DNA of 64,000 nucleotides from Polymyxa betae A26-41 (GCA_003693705.1 RBZT01000768.1:12027-76026); one strand, 5' to 3'; shown: positions 37,247 through 51,919, numbered from the stretch's first letter. Translations and numbers: made by a program. The notes: generated by a model not told the origin, from the sequence alone.

Positions 37247-40200
37247 ATGGATGATTCCAATGGTGAACAGTCGAGTCTTGAGCGCCTTGATCAGCTCAGG
37301 CGACATTTGCCAGAGGTCATGTCCAGTCACATCCAGCAGCTGGAATCCGGCACTTTCGAAGAAGCAAACATGGTCAAGGTCATCTCATTGACCAAAGAAG
37401 CGTTCAAATCGGAAATCTGTGATCAAATATTTCGAGGTAGTTGATCACCCCTACCGTATTCTGGGTTTCAATTCGCTTCAGACGAATTAAGTACAGTCAT
37501 GCCTTTCCTGACATTAATGGTCAAACAGCTCGCTGAGCCTAGCCTGAAAGTTTTGTATTCTCCTATTGTCGGTACGTCAGGGAACTTGTTTTAAGACGAG
37601 TATGTAACTTTCTCTTAGACAACCTGATGCGTTTGTTTCGGTTTGTTAAGCGAAAAAACATCCTGGGGGTTCGCTACCTATTTTGCGATCTTCTTGGATG
37701 TATTTCTGAGATTTCACAATATGTTCAAAGTGGTGCTCATTATGCTGCTGAACAGGCGGGCGTACCCGTTCAAATCTGCATGTTTTCGTCGTTTTGTCAG
37801 TTCATCTCGTGCCATTCCTTCAACTGCCAGAATGTAACAGATTTTTCTCCCACCGATTGCCAGCCGATTTCTTTCCAGTGCCAGATTCATCCCGTATCAA
37901 ATCCACTCGTCGTTAACATCGAAACATTTAAGCGAATCGAATTATTTCATGCTTCATGCACTACGATCGCAGGACAAATGGTCGCTGACAATATGTATCT
38001 GCACGATATATTATATACGCTCTCGTCACTGTTGTCAAAGCAAATTTTCGGGTTCTCATGTGAAGTTCAAGAGGTGATACTGGTCGGTCTAGCTCGCAAC
38101 ATCTTTATGTCTTTCGTTAGGCGACAGTTGGTGCTTTCGTGCAATACGTCAAGCATGCTCCATTACAGGCATCATTCCCTGTGGTATTACAGGTGGTGGA
38201 GTTAATCTCGACCGATTGTTTCCGCACAGCGACCTTCGAATCGGAAGTTGCGGCTTTGCTCGAATTAACAAGAAAGCGGCTCGACTTCCAGTATATTAGG
38301 CCTATAGCGCTCGATATCTTGACGTACTCGCAAAGGGCCCTTGAAGTAGCACATACTTCATCTCTAAGAACCAGCTTGGTTCGTTTCGTATCGGAACTGT
38401 TCAAGGCCTTCCCTTATCTTAGGCTCTATGTGGATTCATTCAAGCAATTCTTTCGCAATCCCAACGTGTTAAAATCTCTGTGCCCATTACTCAGCACTGT
38501 TTTGGAATCTCTTCCTGACACCTTTTTGTCGTCTTCATTGGCGGTTAATTCGGCTCCTGAAATCTCCCACGACCGTTCTTGCTCGAACTTTTTCGTAATT
38601 AACGCCTCGTGGTCATTCTTTCATGAATTCGCTCGGTCTGCTCTGGAAGCTCCTGTTTCCAAGTTCCCATCGCCCACGACCGAAGCGTCCAATGCGTTTT
38701 CCTGTGTTGCCTGCGTTTTTTCTTGCTTTGCACGTCAAAAAGATTGTGGTTTACTATCGCAGCTGACATCGCTTCTGAACGATTGGCTGCAAGCCATCTC
38801 AAATTTTTGTGTTGCCGTCTCTTCAAATTCTCAAGCGACACAGAATGCCACGCTTCTTCTCTCTGCATTTAATTTAATGTCGTCATGCTTCAGGTACCTG
38901 GAACCAAGTCTATTCCAGGTTTTACATCAATCATGCATATCACTTATCACGATTCCGTTCGCATCGTCAGACGAAAGTTTGAAATCGGATTTGATACTGT
39001 CCAGCTGTATACAGGCCTGGAGCAACCTTCCATTTTCACCTAACGATCAACTTGAAATGGATCTCGTACTGCACCATCTGGGCCTGATTTTTCCCCGACT
39101 CCCATTCATCATGTTCCGGATATCGTCTGATCACGATATCAGAAGCAAACATCTCATTAGAGTAATAAGTGAGCTACATACCGGGCGCATTCAGCACCAG
39201 AATTCGAGAGATTTCATTCACTGCATTGGCTTGCTTTTCTGCATCCTTTCAAATTCGTGCTCCCTTCATTTCCAACCTGATGACGATGTACCTGGGACAT
39301 TGATTAAATGTCGTCTTTGCGATGAACCCAAACCGAATGGCGCCGTCTCGCAAGATTTAAAATATCCGCCCTGGTCTCTGTGTTCGTACTTTCTATGTTA
39401 TCTCAATGAGGAGCATGCTGTCGAAGTTAGAGCTGAAATGTGCCGACAATTATTCAGATTGCTGTGCCATTCGAATCGCGATGATCTTCATTGTGCGGCT
39501 CCATTGTTGCGCTCTTTATTGGTCGATCTTCTATTTGACCCCAAGCCTGAAATTCGAACAGCGACTGCCCAATCAATTCATCTTCTTGTATTTGGTGATA
39601 AAGAAACATGTGCTTTAGTGTCATTATGCGGTCCCACAAAGCAGGACGCAACTCGCCGTTCAAACTCTGTCCTGCATTCGATTCGATTTTTGGTGGAGAA
39701 ACTTGTCGAGGTATGCTCTCTTGACATCCCCACAGCTCATCTAATGCTGATGTTCTAGGCTAATGAATGCCACACTGATGAACGGCATAATGATAATCTC
39801 ATGGATAAGTTCAAAGATGTCATTGCTGCGTTATCGTCGGTGGCCAAATATTTGACTGGCACAGCCCAATCTGTGATCGTGTTCGTCTTAATTCAGCAAA
39901 TGATGCACGACGATGTCAGCTTACGTGCTATGGCCTATAAGCAGATTTGCGATATCGCCTTGCATTTGGGCATCTCAACCGCTGACCTCATCCATCAGCC
40001 GTATATAGAGGAGTGTCTTCTCCTATGGATGCCGGAATGTCCTCTGGTTTGCGATGAAGTTTGTGAGGCATTCTTGGGCACCAGCGTTTGCGATTTCCTA
40101 CATCGATGCTTACCCCGCGTCCTACCAGGCCTGATTCTGAAGCATTCCGAAGAAGCTCTTCACGAAATCGGACTGAGACTTGGCGTTTCGGTTCGCAGCT

Positions 40201-43200
40201 TCGTTATGGATAGAATATCTCCAATATTACTTCGAATTCTTCTTGATAATGATCCAGAAGAAAGCAAAGCGGCATCTGCGATCGCCTTCCTCTCTGATAA
40301 AGTGATCCCTGGGTTCAGGTTTTCCGAATTGCTGAAACAATCCAAATCCCTGCTTTTGGAGAATTTGGTTGATGCAATGGGCATTCCAAACCAATGTGAG
40401 AATGCAAAATACGCCCTTCAAATCCTTGTTCTTGCAGATTCGGGGTCTGCATTCAGTGATTATGTCACTGAGAAAATCGACCTCTCCGTTAACGATAATC
40501 AAATGTCATCGTTCTGTTGTGAATATTTCTTGATGATGTCCGATTACCTGTGCCAGTTCATTCAAGGATCGAATTGCTCTGAAGATCGCAAGCTACAAGC
40601 TTTTCGCAGCCTGGACTGCTTATGTCATCTAGTCGGGAACCGCATCTATAACTTCTCTTCGAAGCTGATCGCAACTGTCAAATTAGCGCTGGATCGCTCT
40701 GGCTTGGACTCGATCAAACTGGAAGCTCTTAAGATATTCGAGGCGTTCATCAAATTGCTATCCAATGATCAACTGAGCACTTGTCTCAGCCAGTTGGTCG
40801 TAACATTACTTTCTTGTTGGCATTCCAATGGGAATGCATCATTACGACAAAGCATTACCGCTCTATTGGAAACGTTGCTTATCAAGAAACGGCAAGCTCT
40901 CTGCGACAGTTTTAATGAGATTCCGATGATTCCCGATGACCCTTCTTTACACCATATCAAGACTTCGGTAGAAGCATTCACAAGCGGCTGTAGTGTTGTA
41001 AAGAAACTTGTAGGCTTGCGAAAAGTTTCATTTGTTCTAGTGATCTTAAGTTTGGATAGGATAACCTCATCCGTCTGATGGATCATCCAAGTGCCAATGT
41101 CAGAGAGATGGCTCTGTCTCAACTACGAATATTATTACTTCATTATGAGAATGATATTCATGCATTAATTTCGAGCAACGACACCCAGCTAACTCAAGTA
41201 GTCATCACCTTAATGCATCGCTGTTCAGATCCCTCAGCAGAAGTACGTCTTCTGTCTGCCGAGTGCATCGGCGTTTTGGGTGCCCTTGATCCAGTACAAA
41301 TCGGTTACGTTAACGTTCGTAACGAGCCGGCTGCCATCAGCACAGTCGACGACTTCGCTGTGGCCCTTTGTGTTGACTACCTTATTAATGCGATTCGATC
41401 TTTACCTCCAGCCGATCAGAACAGATCCATGTTCGCTCTGCAGGAGATTTTGAAGTTTGTTGGATGTCGCCCTGAGACTCCTGACCTCGCCCGAGACCCG
41501 TCTCTGCATACAGAATTGTTAGAAACAGATCGCCGGGCAGTCGCGTTTTGGTCAAAGATCCCTGTTGAGCTTCGCGATGTGGCTGTTCCCTGTCTGCTGT
41601 CGAATTTCGTAATCCCATCGAGAAAGCCCTCACCTTATGACGGTAACGTCTTCTGGCGTCATGAGATTTCTTACGAACGATGGCTTGCTGAATGGACTCG
41701 CTTTCTGATCGCTAATAGTAAAGGACCGCTAAAGCCCATATTTGAAGCATGTCAAGGCGTCGTTGTTTCAGATTTAGCAACCGCCCGATTTCTTCTTCCA
41801 CATCTGGTTATCGCCATTCTACTGGCGGAAGATCAAACCTGCATCGAACAGATTCGCAAAGAGATTCTCACCATTCTGGATCACGCCATAACCGAAGGCC
41901 CTCGTCCTATTCGATCTGAGCAAAGCTCGCTGCAAACCATCTTCGATCTGCTGGATTTACTGCGAATGGGCTACGAATCGCAACGCTGTCGTACGCTCCC
42001 AATCGCTTTAAAGAAACTACGTTGCTTTGAGTATGCGACATACCCATGTGTTGCAATACAGGAATTGTTAGACTCGATCCCGCATATGACGTTAGCTCGG
42101 TCTGCTCATGCTTGCGGTGCGACAGCTCGGGCGTTACGTCATTTTGAGCAACACATCCGCCAAACTGATGCCCTCCTGACCTCACAACATCTCGAATTCC
42201 TTCAGTCGCTGTTCTGCGATCTCGACGACGTCGACGGAATGAAAAGTATCCCAGCCCTACGAACAGAACCAGCGACCCCGTCAGAGCAGGGCCGCGATTA
42301 CGAGAGTCTCGGCCAATGGAATATGGCGTTAATCTGCTACCAAGAAGAATGCCGAAGCCATCTGGATAATCACAACTCCAGGGCCCGCCTCCTTCACAGC
42401 ATGTTCAAACTGGGTCAGTACGAGAACTGCATTGCTCACGTCCGGAAATTTCTGGACGATGGCGCCGCCCCGGTTCCTTTACTTCAAGGTCGCATAATTT
42501 CGCTGGGCATTGAAGCGGCCTGGAGGATTTCCGATTGGGAGGCGCTGCAACACCTCACCGAACATCATCCAGATCAGTCATGTTTCGAAGTCGGTCTAGG
42601 TCGTGTATTCATATCCTGGAAGCAACAGAATGTTGGTGACATTGAATCGGCGCTGCGATTTACTCGCATCGGTGTCATGGGCAAGTTGGCTGCCGCCGCT
42701 CAAGAGTCGTATTCGCGCGCCTACCCGTTCTGGGTCCAGTTGCAGCTGTTACATTCATTCTCGACGGCGTTAGGCCATGTCTCATCACGTTCGTCCTGGG
42801 ATTGGTTCCGAGATGTGAACAATATGCAGCCGAAGTTCTCAGTTCGTGAGTCGCAGTTGTCCCTGCTGCGTACTGTATTCGAGCTATCAGGTTGGCCGGA
42901 TATGGCCGGCCGCTGCTGGTTACAACTAGCTCGGGAAGCTAGACGTTCAGGTGAGCTCGAACAGGCGTCGTACGCTGCCTTGCGTGCCCAGCGCCTTCAG
43001 ATACGAAATTCCGGTATCGAACAAGCCAAGATATTACGAGCCCAAGGTCTCCTACATCAGGCTCTGAACGTCCTCGAGGAATACTCGAATGTCGATACGT
43101 CGATCGTGGCTGACAGCCTGAGCGCTGACCGGCAGATTGAACTGTGTAACATGGCGTGCCTGGTGGGCCAGTACATGCAGGAGAGCGCATCACGAACCTC

Positions 43201-45313
43201 GAATCTGGTTTTGAGCTGTTATAGAAAGGCGATCTCCCAATTCCCGAACTCTTCACGGGCCCATTTTCTGTTGGCGTCCTACAGTGATATGGTTTTACGT
43301 TCGGCGTTGAACGAACCCGACCTCAATGATAATAAGCGACACGCTCAGATCAGGGAGCATGCACCCCAAATAATTCGACATTACATCGCATCTGTTCGAG
43401 AAAGGTCGACCTGCGTCTTTGAGAGTATGCCGAGAATCATCACTTTGTTCTGTGAGTTAGCACCTGTTGCTAGGACCAACTCCAAATCCTCAGATGATCC
43501 AGAACGGATCGCCAAAGATGCTGTCGATGCCATACCAGCCCAGCATTGGTTTCTTACTTTGCCGCAGATCATATCCAGGCTACAAAACGATAACCCGGTT
43601 ATTCAGAATTTCTTGAAATCGATACTCACCAAGACGATTCTAACATACCCGCGACAGACGACCTGGCATGTGGCCTCGATCGCCAATTTCAAAAATGAAA
43701 AGCGCAAGCAAGCCGTTGTGCTCGTCTTGAACTCGGTTATCAAACAAATGCCGCAAAAGCGTGGCGAAGAACTCATTCAAGCTCAGAAATTGTTGCGATT
43801 ACTGATCGAGTTATGCACCGCGGCTGTTAATCCCGACAACAAATCGATCAGGTTCCCGAGCGGCTTGCGTCGGTTCCTGCGAGCGTCATCACCGTGCCTT
43901 ATAATGCCTTTGCAAGCGACACTGACTGTTGCCATTCCGGAACCTATTGACCAAGATGGCGACCTGACCGCATCTGGTACTGGCCTTGATATGAAACCCT
44001 TCTGTGAAGAGCCGGCCATGTTGCAGGCCATCGATGAAGCTGTTCAAGTTCTGGGCACCAAGGAGAAGCCACGCAAAGCTGCGTTTATCGACACGAATGG
44101 CAACAGGCATTGGTTTCTTTGTAAAATCGAAGGCGAAGGCGATATGCGAAAGAATTCTCGCATGATGGATTTTGCTGCTGTAATGAACCGATTATTCCGC
44201 TGCTTTCCTCACGGTATACTGGCTATGTTTGTAACTGTTTCATAAGTTAATTCCTATGTCCAGCTCGACAGCGTCAGCTACGTCTAAGGACTTTCGCCGC
44301 TTTACCATTACGAGAAGATTGCGGGATCATCGAGGTTCGGTTCGTACAATCATCTTTGTTGAAATTACTGACTTGGCATTAGTGGATTCCGGATACCATC
44401 TCGTTACGTAGCTTGCTAGAGCATTACCAGTACGACCAGCCTTACAAGAGCCGCGAACTGTTCAAGATTTACAATGAAATTACGAGACCACCGGCCATTC
44501 GTTACAAGCAGATGCTTGAGAAGGTGCCGCCGCTGATGCACCGATTCTTTCTGGACAAATTCCCAGACCCAAAGTTCGTCAAAAGGAATCGATATCTGCG
44601 CCCATTATTTATTTGTATTGATAGTTGCTGGTACGAATCGCGGTTGATTTTCACCCGATCGTGGGCAGCGTGGTGCATTGTCGGACATATTCTTGGACTT
44701 GGCGATCGTCATTGTGAAAACATTCTCAGTCCGTTGCAGTCAGCATATCGATGAGTTTTTGTCTAAATTTATTCAGTTGATCACAAGACCGGGGAAGCCG
44801 TGCACGTCGATTTCGATTGCCTTTTCGATCGAGGCCTGAATCTTCGCACACCGGAAGTCGTACCATTCCGTCTCACTCAAAACGCCCTGGATGGTATGGG
44901 CATTACAAAGGTACGAAAAAGCTGCCTCGTTTCTTTTAAAGTTTTTACGATCGACCTGCAATCAGTATGAAGGGGCATTCCGGTCGTGCTGCCACATCGT
45001 CTTGAATGTTCTTCGGACTCATCACGAAACGGTCAAGAACTGTCTCGAGACGTTTGTCCACGACCCGCTTGTCGAATGGATCGGACCATCGAGCTCTGTC
45101 GGCGCTCGTAAAGCAATGAATGATATCGAAAAACGTCTCGCAGGCCGTATTGGTGACTCGATTCTGACGGTCACCATCGAAGGGTACGTTGAGCATCTCA
45201 TTCAGCAAGCAACATCTCCTGACAACCTCGGCCGTATGTTTGTTGGTAAGTGCTGGTTCTTTACCCATAAAAGAATTCAGGTTATATGTATAGGGTGGGC
45301 ACCGTGGATGTAA
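37247..45313 (+). CDS. ATR: Serine/threonine kinase ATR (PIKK family; HEAT, UME, FAT, kinase, FATC)
   Basis: CIGVLGALDP; ARALRHFEQ; FESMPRIITL; KEKPRK...FLCK...DMRKNSRMMDF; LGLGDRHCENIL; HVDFDCLF; PEVVPFRLTQN; LETFVHDPLVEW; FATC ending MFVGWAPWM*. Confidence 0.95.
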
Positions 45314-45368
45314 TATATATAGAGGTTATTTTAACGCTTGGGGATGTAATATTTATAAATCTCGGGGC

Positions 45369-46501
45369 TCATATTGTACGACGATGTCGAGAGCGTCTTC
45401 CTTGAGCATTACGATCGATTTGAGCATATGCCCTTTTGACTCGGTACAATTCTCCCCATTGCAGTAATGTCATAGGAGGATGATCAGGCCCAGGATATAA
45501 CATCCCTGGATCCTGTTGTTTCAAATGTTTCAACAGCTTCTTCGCCATCAAATCTGAATGCTCGGACTGATATTGACCTGTTTTGATTATCGCTGCCATA
45601 TTCAAAGCCTGATTGATGTCAGACAGGCTGCAATGTCGCTACAGAGCCCGACCTGATCGACGTTGATGCCGTTTTGGCGCTGCTCGCTGTATGTCGATTT
45701 CTTCTTGCCAAGCGCGAAACACATCCGCACCAGCTGTTCCTGCGAGAGATTGCCGAACGCTCTCCTGACGTTATTCAGGACGATCTCGTGTGCGTCCTGG
45801 GGGCGATCATGCAGAAATTCAGCGAACAAGCCTCGAACCAGCCGAGGAGCGCCCAACGCAATCAGATCCTATCAAGCCACTGCATAATCAGCGAAAGCCG
45901 CTGTTCGTTAACAAGCCGACCGAATCCTCGGACGCCACCGCGTCGACGAGCCGTAGCGAGTCGTGGGCCAGTAGGGCGCAGAACGAATCGGCATCGTGTG
46001 TGGCCGTGATCCAGGCCACATGTTCATGATCGAGGGCTCGTTTCACAAGGCTCCAGATACCGCTGTCCGCTGCCGATTTCGGCCGATGCAGCTCGACCCG
46101 CACCTCCTTCCAGTGATCGCATCGCGCCACCGGCCGTACTGGCTCACGATGCGACCGCTGTTCGCCTCCTGTATGGCGAGAGTTCAATAATCGGTCGTCA
46201 TCTGACGACGGAACATCTCATTACGGCTCGAGGTGCAGGGCGGCATTCTATCAGAGCCGTCGAAGACGAATATAGGCTCGATATTGAACGATATGATATG
46301 ACGAGCCCAGCTGGCGAACAGGTCTGCGATCTGGGAGGGAGATGTCTGACGTTCCCGGCAGAGGTGAAGGTAGAGATTGGTATCGATAGCGATTCGGGAT
46401 CCGGCCATGGACCTGTATGATATGGGACGTAGTGGGCGCTCTACATCCGGCAGACGACTCGACAATCGTCGTAGAATTGATATGAGATCACGGAATCCCA
46501 T
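45369..46501 (-). CDS. Divergent XPG/FEN1-family (PIN-like) nuclease homolog
   Basis: MGFRDL; IAIDTNLYL; NIEPIFVFDG (XPG-N); HDADSFCALLA...VDAVASEDS/DLIALGAPRLVRGL (XPG-I); LSQEQLVRMCFALG (H3TH start). Confidence 0.8.
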
Positions 46502-46778
46502 CTCATCACCACCAGGCAGTGATTGATCAGAACGTCGGTTTCCGCAATCAAACCGTGGTGTCGCACTCCTTACACGACGATTTCCCTCCAATGTTTCCGC
46601 TTCCAAACATCATCCAATGGGCATTCGTACATTCCGGAACTATCAACGACATTCTCAAGTCTTGAAACCTGAGTAAAATGTCGCCTGATATCATGATGAG
46701 AGGAGGCCGGCATGATGGAGGCGGGGCCTCCTTCTTCTGTGATTATGGGGGAGCGGCCTCCTGTCCTAAATCGTCTGA

Positions 46779-48012
46779 ATGATGCCTGGACTACGTCAAG
46801 TTCAGACAGATATTCTAATAGGTCATCATGGGTCTGTTCAGTGTCTCTATCGGGTTCCAGGACCAGAACTACAGATCTTGTCTGGTGACGTCGAGGGTGT
46901 AGTCTGCGTCTGGGATCCAGCTCGATCCACCCAGGCAGTTCAGTCGATCGAAGTCGGATCCGAGGCTATTAGCAGCGTTGTCTGTGTCGACGACCATTAT
47001 CTGTATGTGGCGGCCGGCTGCGATCTGCATCGGTTCGATCGTAGGCGGCCGGATCGCCAGCTCGAGCTGGTGTTCAGCGCCGAAGACGACATCAATCAAA
47101 TCTCGGTCGAAGGACGTCATATGGCCTGGTGTGATGATAGCGGCGCCCTAACGTTGGCGTCAATTGATCCTGATTCCAATATCGAGGTTTATCGCTGCTT
47201 AGAATCTGGTATGGGATCTGTCATAATTCCGTCCTTGTTCTGATTGAAATCAGCCCATGATAATATATGCAGTTCTGTCCTAATATCGGCAGGGGATGAT
47301 GACGACGATCCCGTCGTTTACACAGCCGGAATGGATTCAACGATTCGCGTCTGGGATCTCGAGTACGTCGAGGTTTTCAATATGGGTTTAGGGTTTCCCT
47401 TCTCAGTCAATGGTGCTGAATGGAAATCGGCAGCGGCGACGAGATCGAACGCCTAGAAACCGGCACGGCGGGACCAGATCCTGGAACTTTCCAGCAACCA
47501 TCTCTTGTGCATTGGTTAGCGTGTTCGGGCGACGGCGGCTTGCTGGCAGCAGGCCTGCAATCTGCCGATATTATCCTGGCTGATACACAGACGTATTCGA
47601 TGGGTCTACTTCACGCTCACACATCCATCGTCAGCAATGTTCATTTTGCCGCTTTCCGATCACGTCCGATCCCAATCCCATGGCTATCGACCGCCTGTCT
47701 GATTTCTCGTTTAGGTGATATTCTTTTGTCGGCGTCATCTGATTCGACCTTGGTCATATGGAATCTGGACCCATCAGCTGTTCTACCAGATGATGGTACT
47801 TTGCGGCAGTTCAGTGATGCTGAGAGGTCGCTCTTCGATATGAATCTGATACAGGCTCGTATAAGGTTCATTATCGGTATTCTCTATGATCCCACGCTCA
47901 AGATGTGCTCTATAGGTTGCCTTATAAACCAAATGATATCACAACCAGCATACAAGGTCAGGTCTATGTTGCGGATACGTCGCCCGATATTCATGTCTAT
48001 AATATTTTATAA
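46779..48012 (+). CDS. WD40-repeat protein (WDR53-like)
   Basis: LIGHHGSVQC...ILSGDVEGVVCVWD; AEDDINQI; AHDNICSSV...TAGMDSTIRVWD; AHTSIVSNVHF; LLSASSDSTLVIWN; last exon ends VYVADTSPDIHVYNIL*. Confidence 0.85.
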
Positions 48013-48376
48013 ACGTTCTTAAGGATGCGATTGTCGTACTCCTGCTTAGGCTGCCTTCAAACGATATGGATATATGCTCGCCATTGGTGATGATCGTTTG
48101 TCGGAACGGTTGCAGCAAAATCTCAATCCATTCCAGCATGTCGTTCGGAGATTCTTGGCAGCAGTCTAGTTTCGAGGCAATTGTTTTGGATCCAAAATCC
48201 AGTGTCCCGTGGTTCTTAAGCCCTTCAGTACTGCCCAGAGATTTGCTAAATACAATCAGTCGCTTGATGAATATAGGCGACTAAACTGCTGGGACAGGAA
48301 GAATCTCTGTAAATGTATTCGTAATATGTATCTAGAACATCGTTCTACTAAAGTAAGAACCGAGCAACTCAACCGC

Positions 48377-51300
48377 TCAGTCATCGATCCATTGCAGCTC
48401 GATCAGCGATAGATCGACCAGATCCGATTTTCCGGGAAATTCGCGATCCTTGCCTTGAACCTTGTTCTTGTTCATCAGTGCCTGGTTCGGCCGCGATCCG
48501 ACCTCGTCATCCATCTCTGACAAAGTTTCAATCGGTCTGTAGGCAGATCGCATAGCTTCGCCTTGGCACAGCCCATCATTATCGTCGACGTCGTCATCAG
48601 GCAGACCTGATGTGGGAATTCCTTCCGATAAATCACTGCCGACATCCAGATCTCGTTCCGGGGAACTTGGCGTCGACTTTAATGGACAGGGAGTCAGATC
48701 TGGTACCGTGATCGACATCTCCATCAGCGAACTGGGCGGCGATCCCACAGCGAGGATGTTCTCGTAATCAACATCTTCGCCTCGTCCACTGATAATATCA
48801 GTGAGCAGCGTCGCCGCCAGCCGGACGTCGTCATTAGAATCGAATCGGGCGGCAACGATCAGATCGGAAATGGAGCTGGGTGCCGAACGCAGTACAGCGG
48901 GAGACCTGAAGGCCAACGCCCAGATCAACTTGAGGCCCCAAAGCCGCGTCTCCGCACATGCATGACGTCCACACGACTCGGCGATTGCTTCATGCCAGGG
49001 CTCAGCTGGGCCAGCACGCCAGGCTTGGTCCAGATTGTCACTGGAGAAATGCGATCGGGTCAAGTTCAGGCTGGCCCAGAAAGCAATGCGCCGGACGTTG
49101 TTCCAATTGGTATCGATGGCGAGAGCCTGCAGCCAGATCCAGGTCCGTTCTATGATAGGACATGGCCACGGCCTCAAAGTCATCATCGTCCCGAGAAGTT
49201 CAGCAATAGCAAACTGGGTCGGAGGGTTGGGATCCGCCTCGGCCACGTCCAGAACGGCCAAGATCACTGCCGAATCTATTACAAAAATGAGCGGAACAGG
49301 CACGAAAGCGAATAGTGAGCGGTCATACGCACCCAGAGCAACTTGTGGTGTACTGATGATCTGTTTTAAGATCTGCAGACACAAATGGCGAAGGTCGTTG
49401 TCCATTAGCATGGATCGCAAACAGGATGCGATTGTGACCATATCGAGGCGTAACACTGAGCAGTGGTCGGCGACTTCGACGGCCTCCAATACGAATTGCA
49501 GCAGGTCCCGACGCCGTACCGGATCCTTTATATCAACGAGGCCTTGGAACAGATATGACAGAGTCCCGGTCTGGATAACGATCTCTTGGACCAAGGTTCT
49601 GCATCGATCAGCTAGTTGTGATCTTGCAGTGGACCTGTTCGACCAGATCCAGACCAGATCGCGGATCTGATCACAAGACAGCCTAGGTCGGAGCTTGACG
49701 ATCAAGACGTGGATTAGGTCGAACATGGCGTCCTGAACACAATCTGGTAGCCAGACCAGGATCCGCATTAGCAACACCATCAATCCGCTGCTTGGCTCTA
49801 TAAACTCCACTCAATAACCAATAGCGAACATGCACACCAGACAACAGACCCAGGGCCGGCACGACTTGACGTAGGACTTGGAGCAGAGGGGTCTTTGGTG
49901 AACCATGACGCAGCATCTGGACGCCGGCTTCGACGATGGGTGTTGCTATGCGATCGATGGAGACAATGTGGTTGGCAGAAGTCGTGACGATGGCATTGTG
50001 CAGTGCAATAACCAAGATCAGCGCTTCCCAATACATCTGAAATAGATCCATGTGGATCTGATCGCCACGTTCCAACTCCGACATGATCATTATCGTTAAT
50101 CGATCGATCAGCCCAACCAGATCGTATTGGACAGGCCGAGGGCCGTCACTTTCCAATCACGATTAGCGGTTCGGTGATATGTAAATGCGACCTGATCATA
50201 CCCGGTAGCCCTTTCTAGATTAACAGCAGCGATTCGTATGATTAATTGTAGAGAGCGACGTACGTAGTCGGTTGGCGTGTTATCTATCGATATCATTTCC
50301 GCACATAGGTCCAGAATCTACAATGCGTATTATCAGGTGCAGATCAACTATGTGGTATATTGTTGACCTCTGCTTGATATTGAGTATCAGGAATGTATGA
50401 TATAATCATAACCCAGACTTGATCCACGACCCAATGTGTATGAGAGTATCGCTCTTGAGAGCACTCCATCACATCCGCTATCATCTCCTGTCTCATCTCC
50501 ATATCCCACTATTATCAGGATTTACCGATACCGTTTAGGGTTTCATGACTGCCTACCTTCAGGCGATGAAACGCCGCCAGAATCAGGCGAAGCACGGTCG
50601 CTATGGAACAATCCGATATGGAATAGGCCAGAGCCTGGTGCAGAGCAGGTTCAAAGACGGTCTCGACCAGAGCCTGTACGGCACCAGGTGTCATCAGGAA
50701 CAGATTCGTGATAGAGGCTACCAGGACAGGCTCGACAAGATCAGCATCGTGCGCCATCAATAAGCTGGCCACGATCGTGTCCATCATCGGAACACAATCG
50801 CAGCCGATCGTCTCCAGCAGGAACTCCAGAGCCCGCGACGCCGCTTGCCGTACGTATGGCAGAGAATGGGCCAGCATCGGGCCGACAGCGTCGACGAGCG
50901 GCTCGATTTTGGCGCTGCGATGCAGATCGGACATGGACATTGGTTGGCCAGATATATCGCCCAGTATTTGCAGAAGTCGATCGGTTTTAGCAGTCGGAAA
51001 GAAAGTCGCCGCTGATAAAAGCAGCAATGACTCCCGCGAACAGATCGTCGTTCTGGTTTCATCTGGCCCATGCTGTACATTGCCTCAGTTAAAAGAGTTT
51101 GAAAAAGCGATCGTCGACATTTACCTGTTCCAGCAAAATTGCAGCAGATTGAAAAATCTGTAGGGCAATTTACAAAACTGATAACAACAACGATGACGAA
51201 GCGTTCGGCAGACCTCGGATGCTTGCAGAAAGGACCGCGAATCGATCAGGGCCAGGCCGCATAGTAGATCGGTAATGATAACGTTCTGCCACAGCGATCG

Positions 51301-51774
51301 TTGCCTGAACCAGGCCGACAGATTCAGAAGGTCAATGAGCTGCGATTTGTCAGGTGATTCAGTGAGGTCGTAGCCATAGACAGAGACTGTCATGGGCCGA
51401 TCGCAGACGAACCCGTAAACCACCGACAACGTTGTTGTTGCCGACCTTACAGGATAGAGCAGCGAATCGCCGTCCGAAACGGCATCCACGAACGATTCCT
51501 GGCCAATGCGAATTTTGGGTAAGGGCTCGGATGATTCCGGGTCAATTCGCAGATGAACTGCCTCGATTAGGCATAGATGAGGGAGATGTACGATAATGAG
51601 TGGCGATGTAGGTCGGCATTGGCAGTTATATTGATGAAGAAGTCGCGACGATTTCGGCTGCGATTCCAACATGGCCGTCTGTCGATGGGCTTCAGCCAGC
51701 CTGGTCCTGACAACATTGAACGAACAGACCGTCACAATGATTGGATCATCATGTCTTGGGTAGCAAACAGCCAT
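48377..51774 (-). CDS. HEAT/ARM-repeat protein of unknown function, multi-exon; both ends uncertain
   Basis: Consecutive helical exons with HEAT-like motifs (MLAHSLPYVRQAASRALEFL, IDTNWNNVRRIAFWAS, RFDSNDDVRLAATLL) separated by short GT-AG introns. Confidence 0.7.
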
Positions 51775-51919
51775 CCACCATCATGCAGAGTTCACATCCA
51801 GAATCCACCGAAGCGTTGAGTCACGATGCCGCTTGGGGCTCCCTTCCGATGATCTGCGAGCGAGAACCGCCAAACTCCAAATCCCTTTCCGAAGGTATCG
51901 CTATTGGTAGATCTCCTCG

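Noticed and set aside
47939-48284. Minus-strand ORF overlapping the WD40 3' end as a last exon of the HEAT gene
   Set aside because: No convincing splice link from the ORF ending at 48377, and no recognisable homology.
49035-49670. Long antisense ORFs (e.g. 211 aa here, also 9244-9729 and 17304-17753)
   Set aside because: They are shadows of real genes on the opposite strand with no independent protein features.
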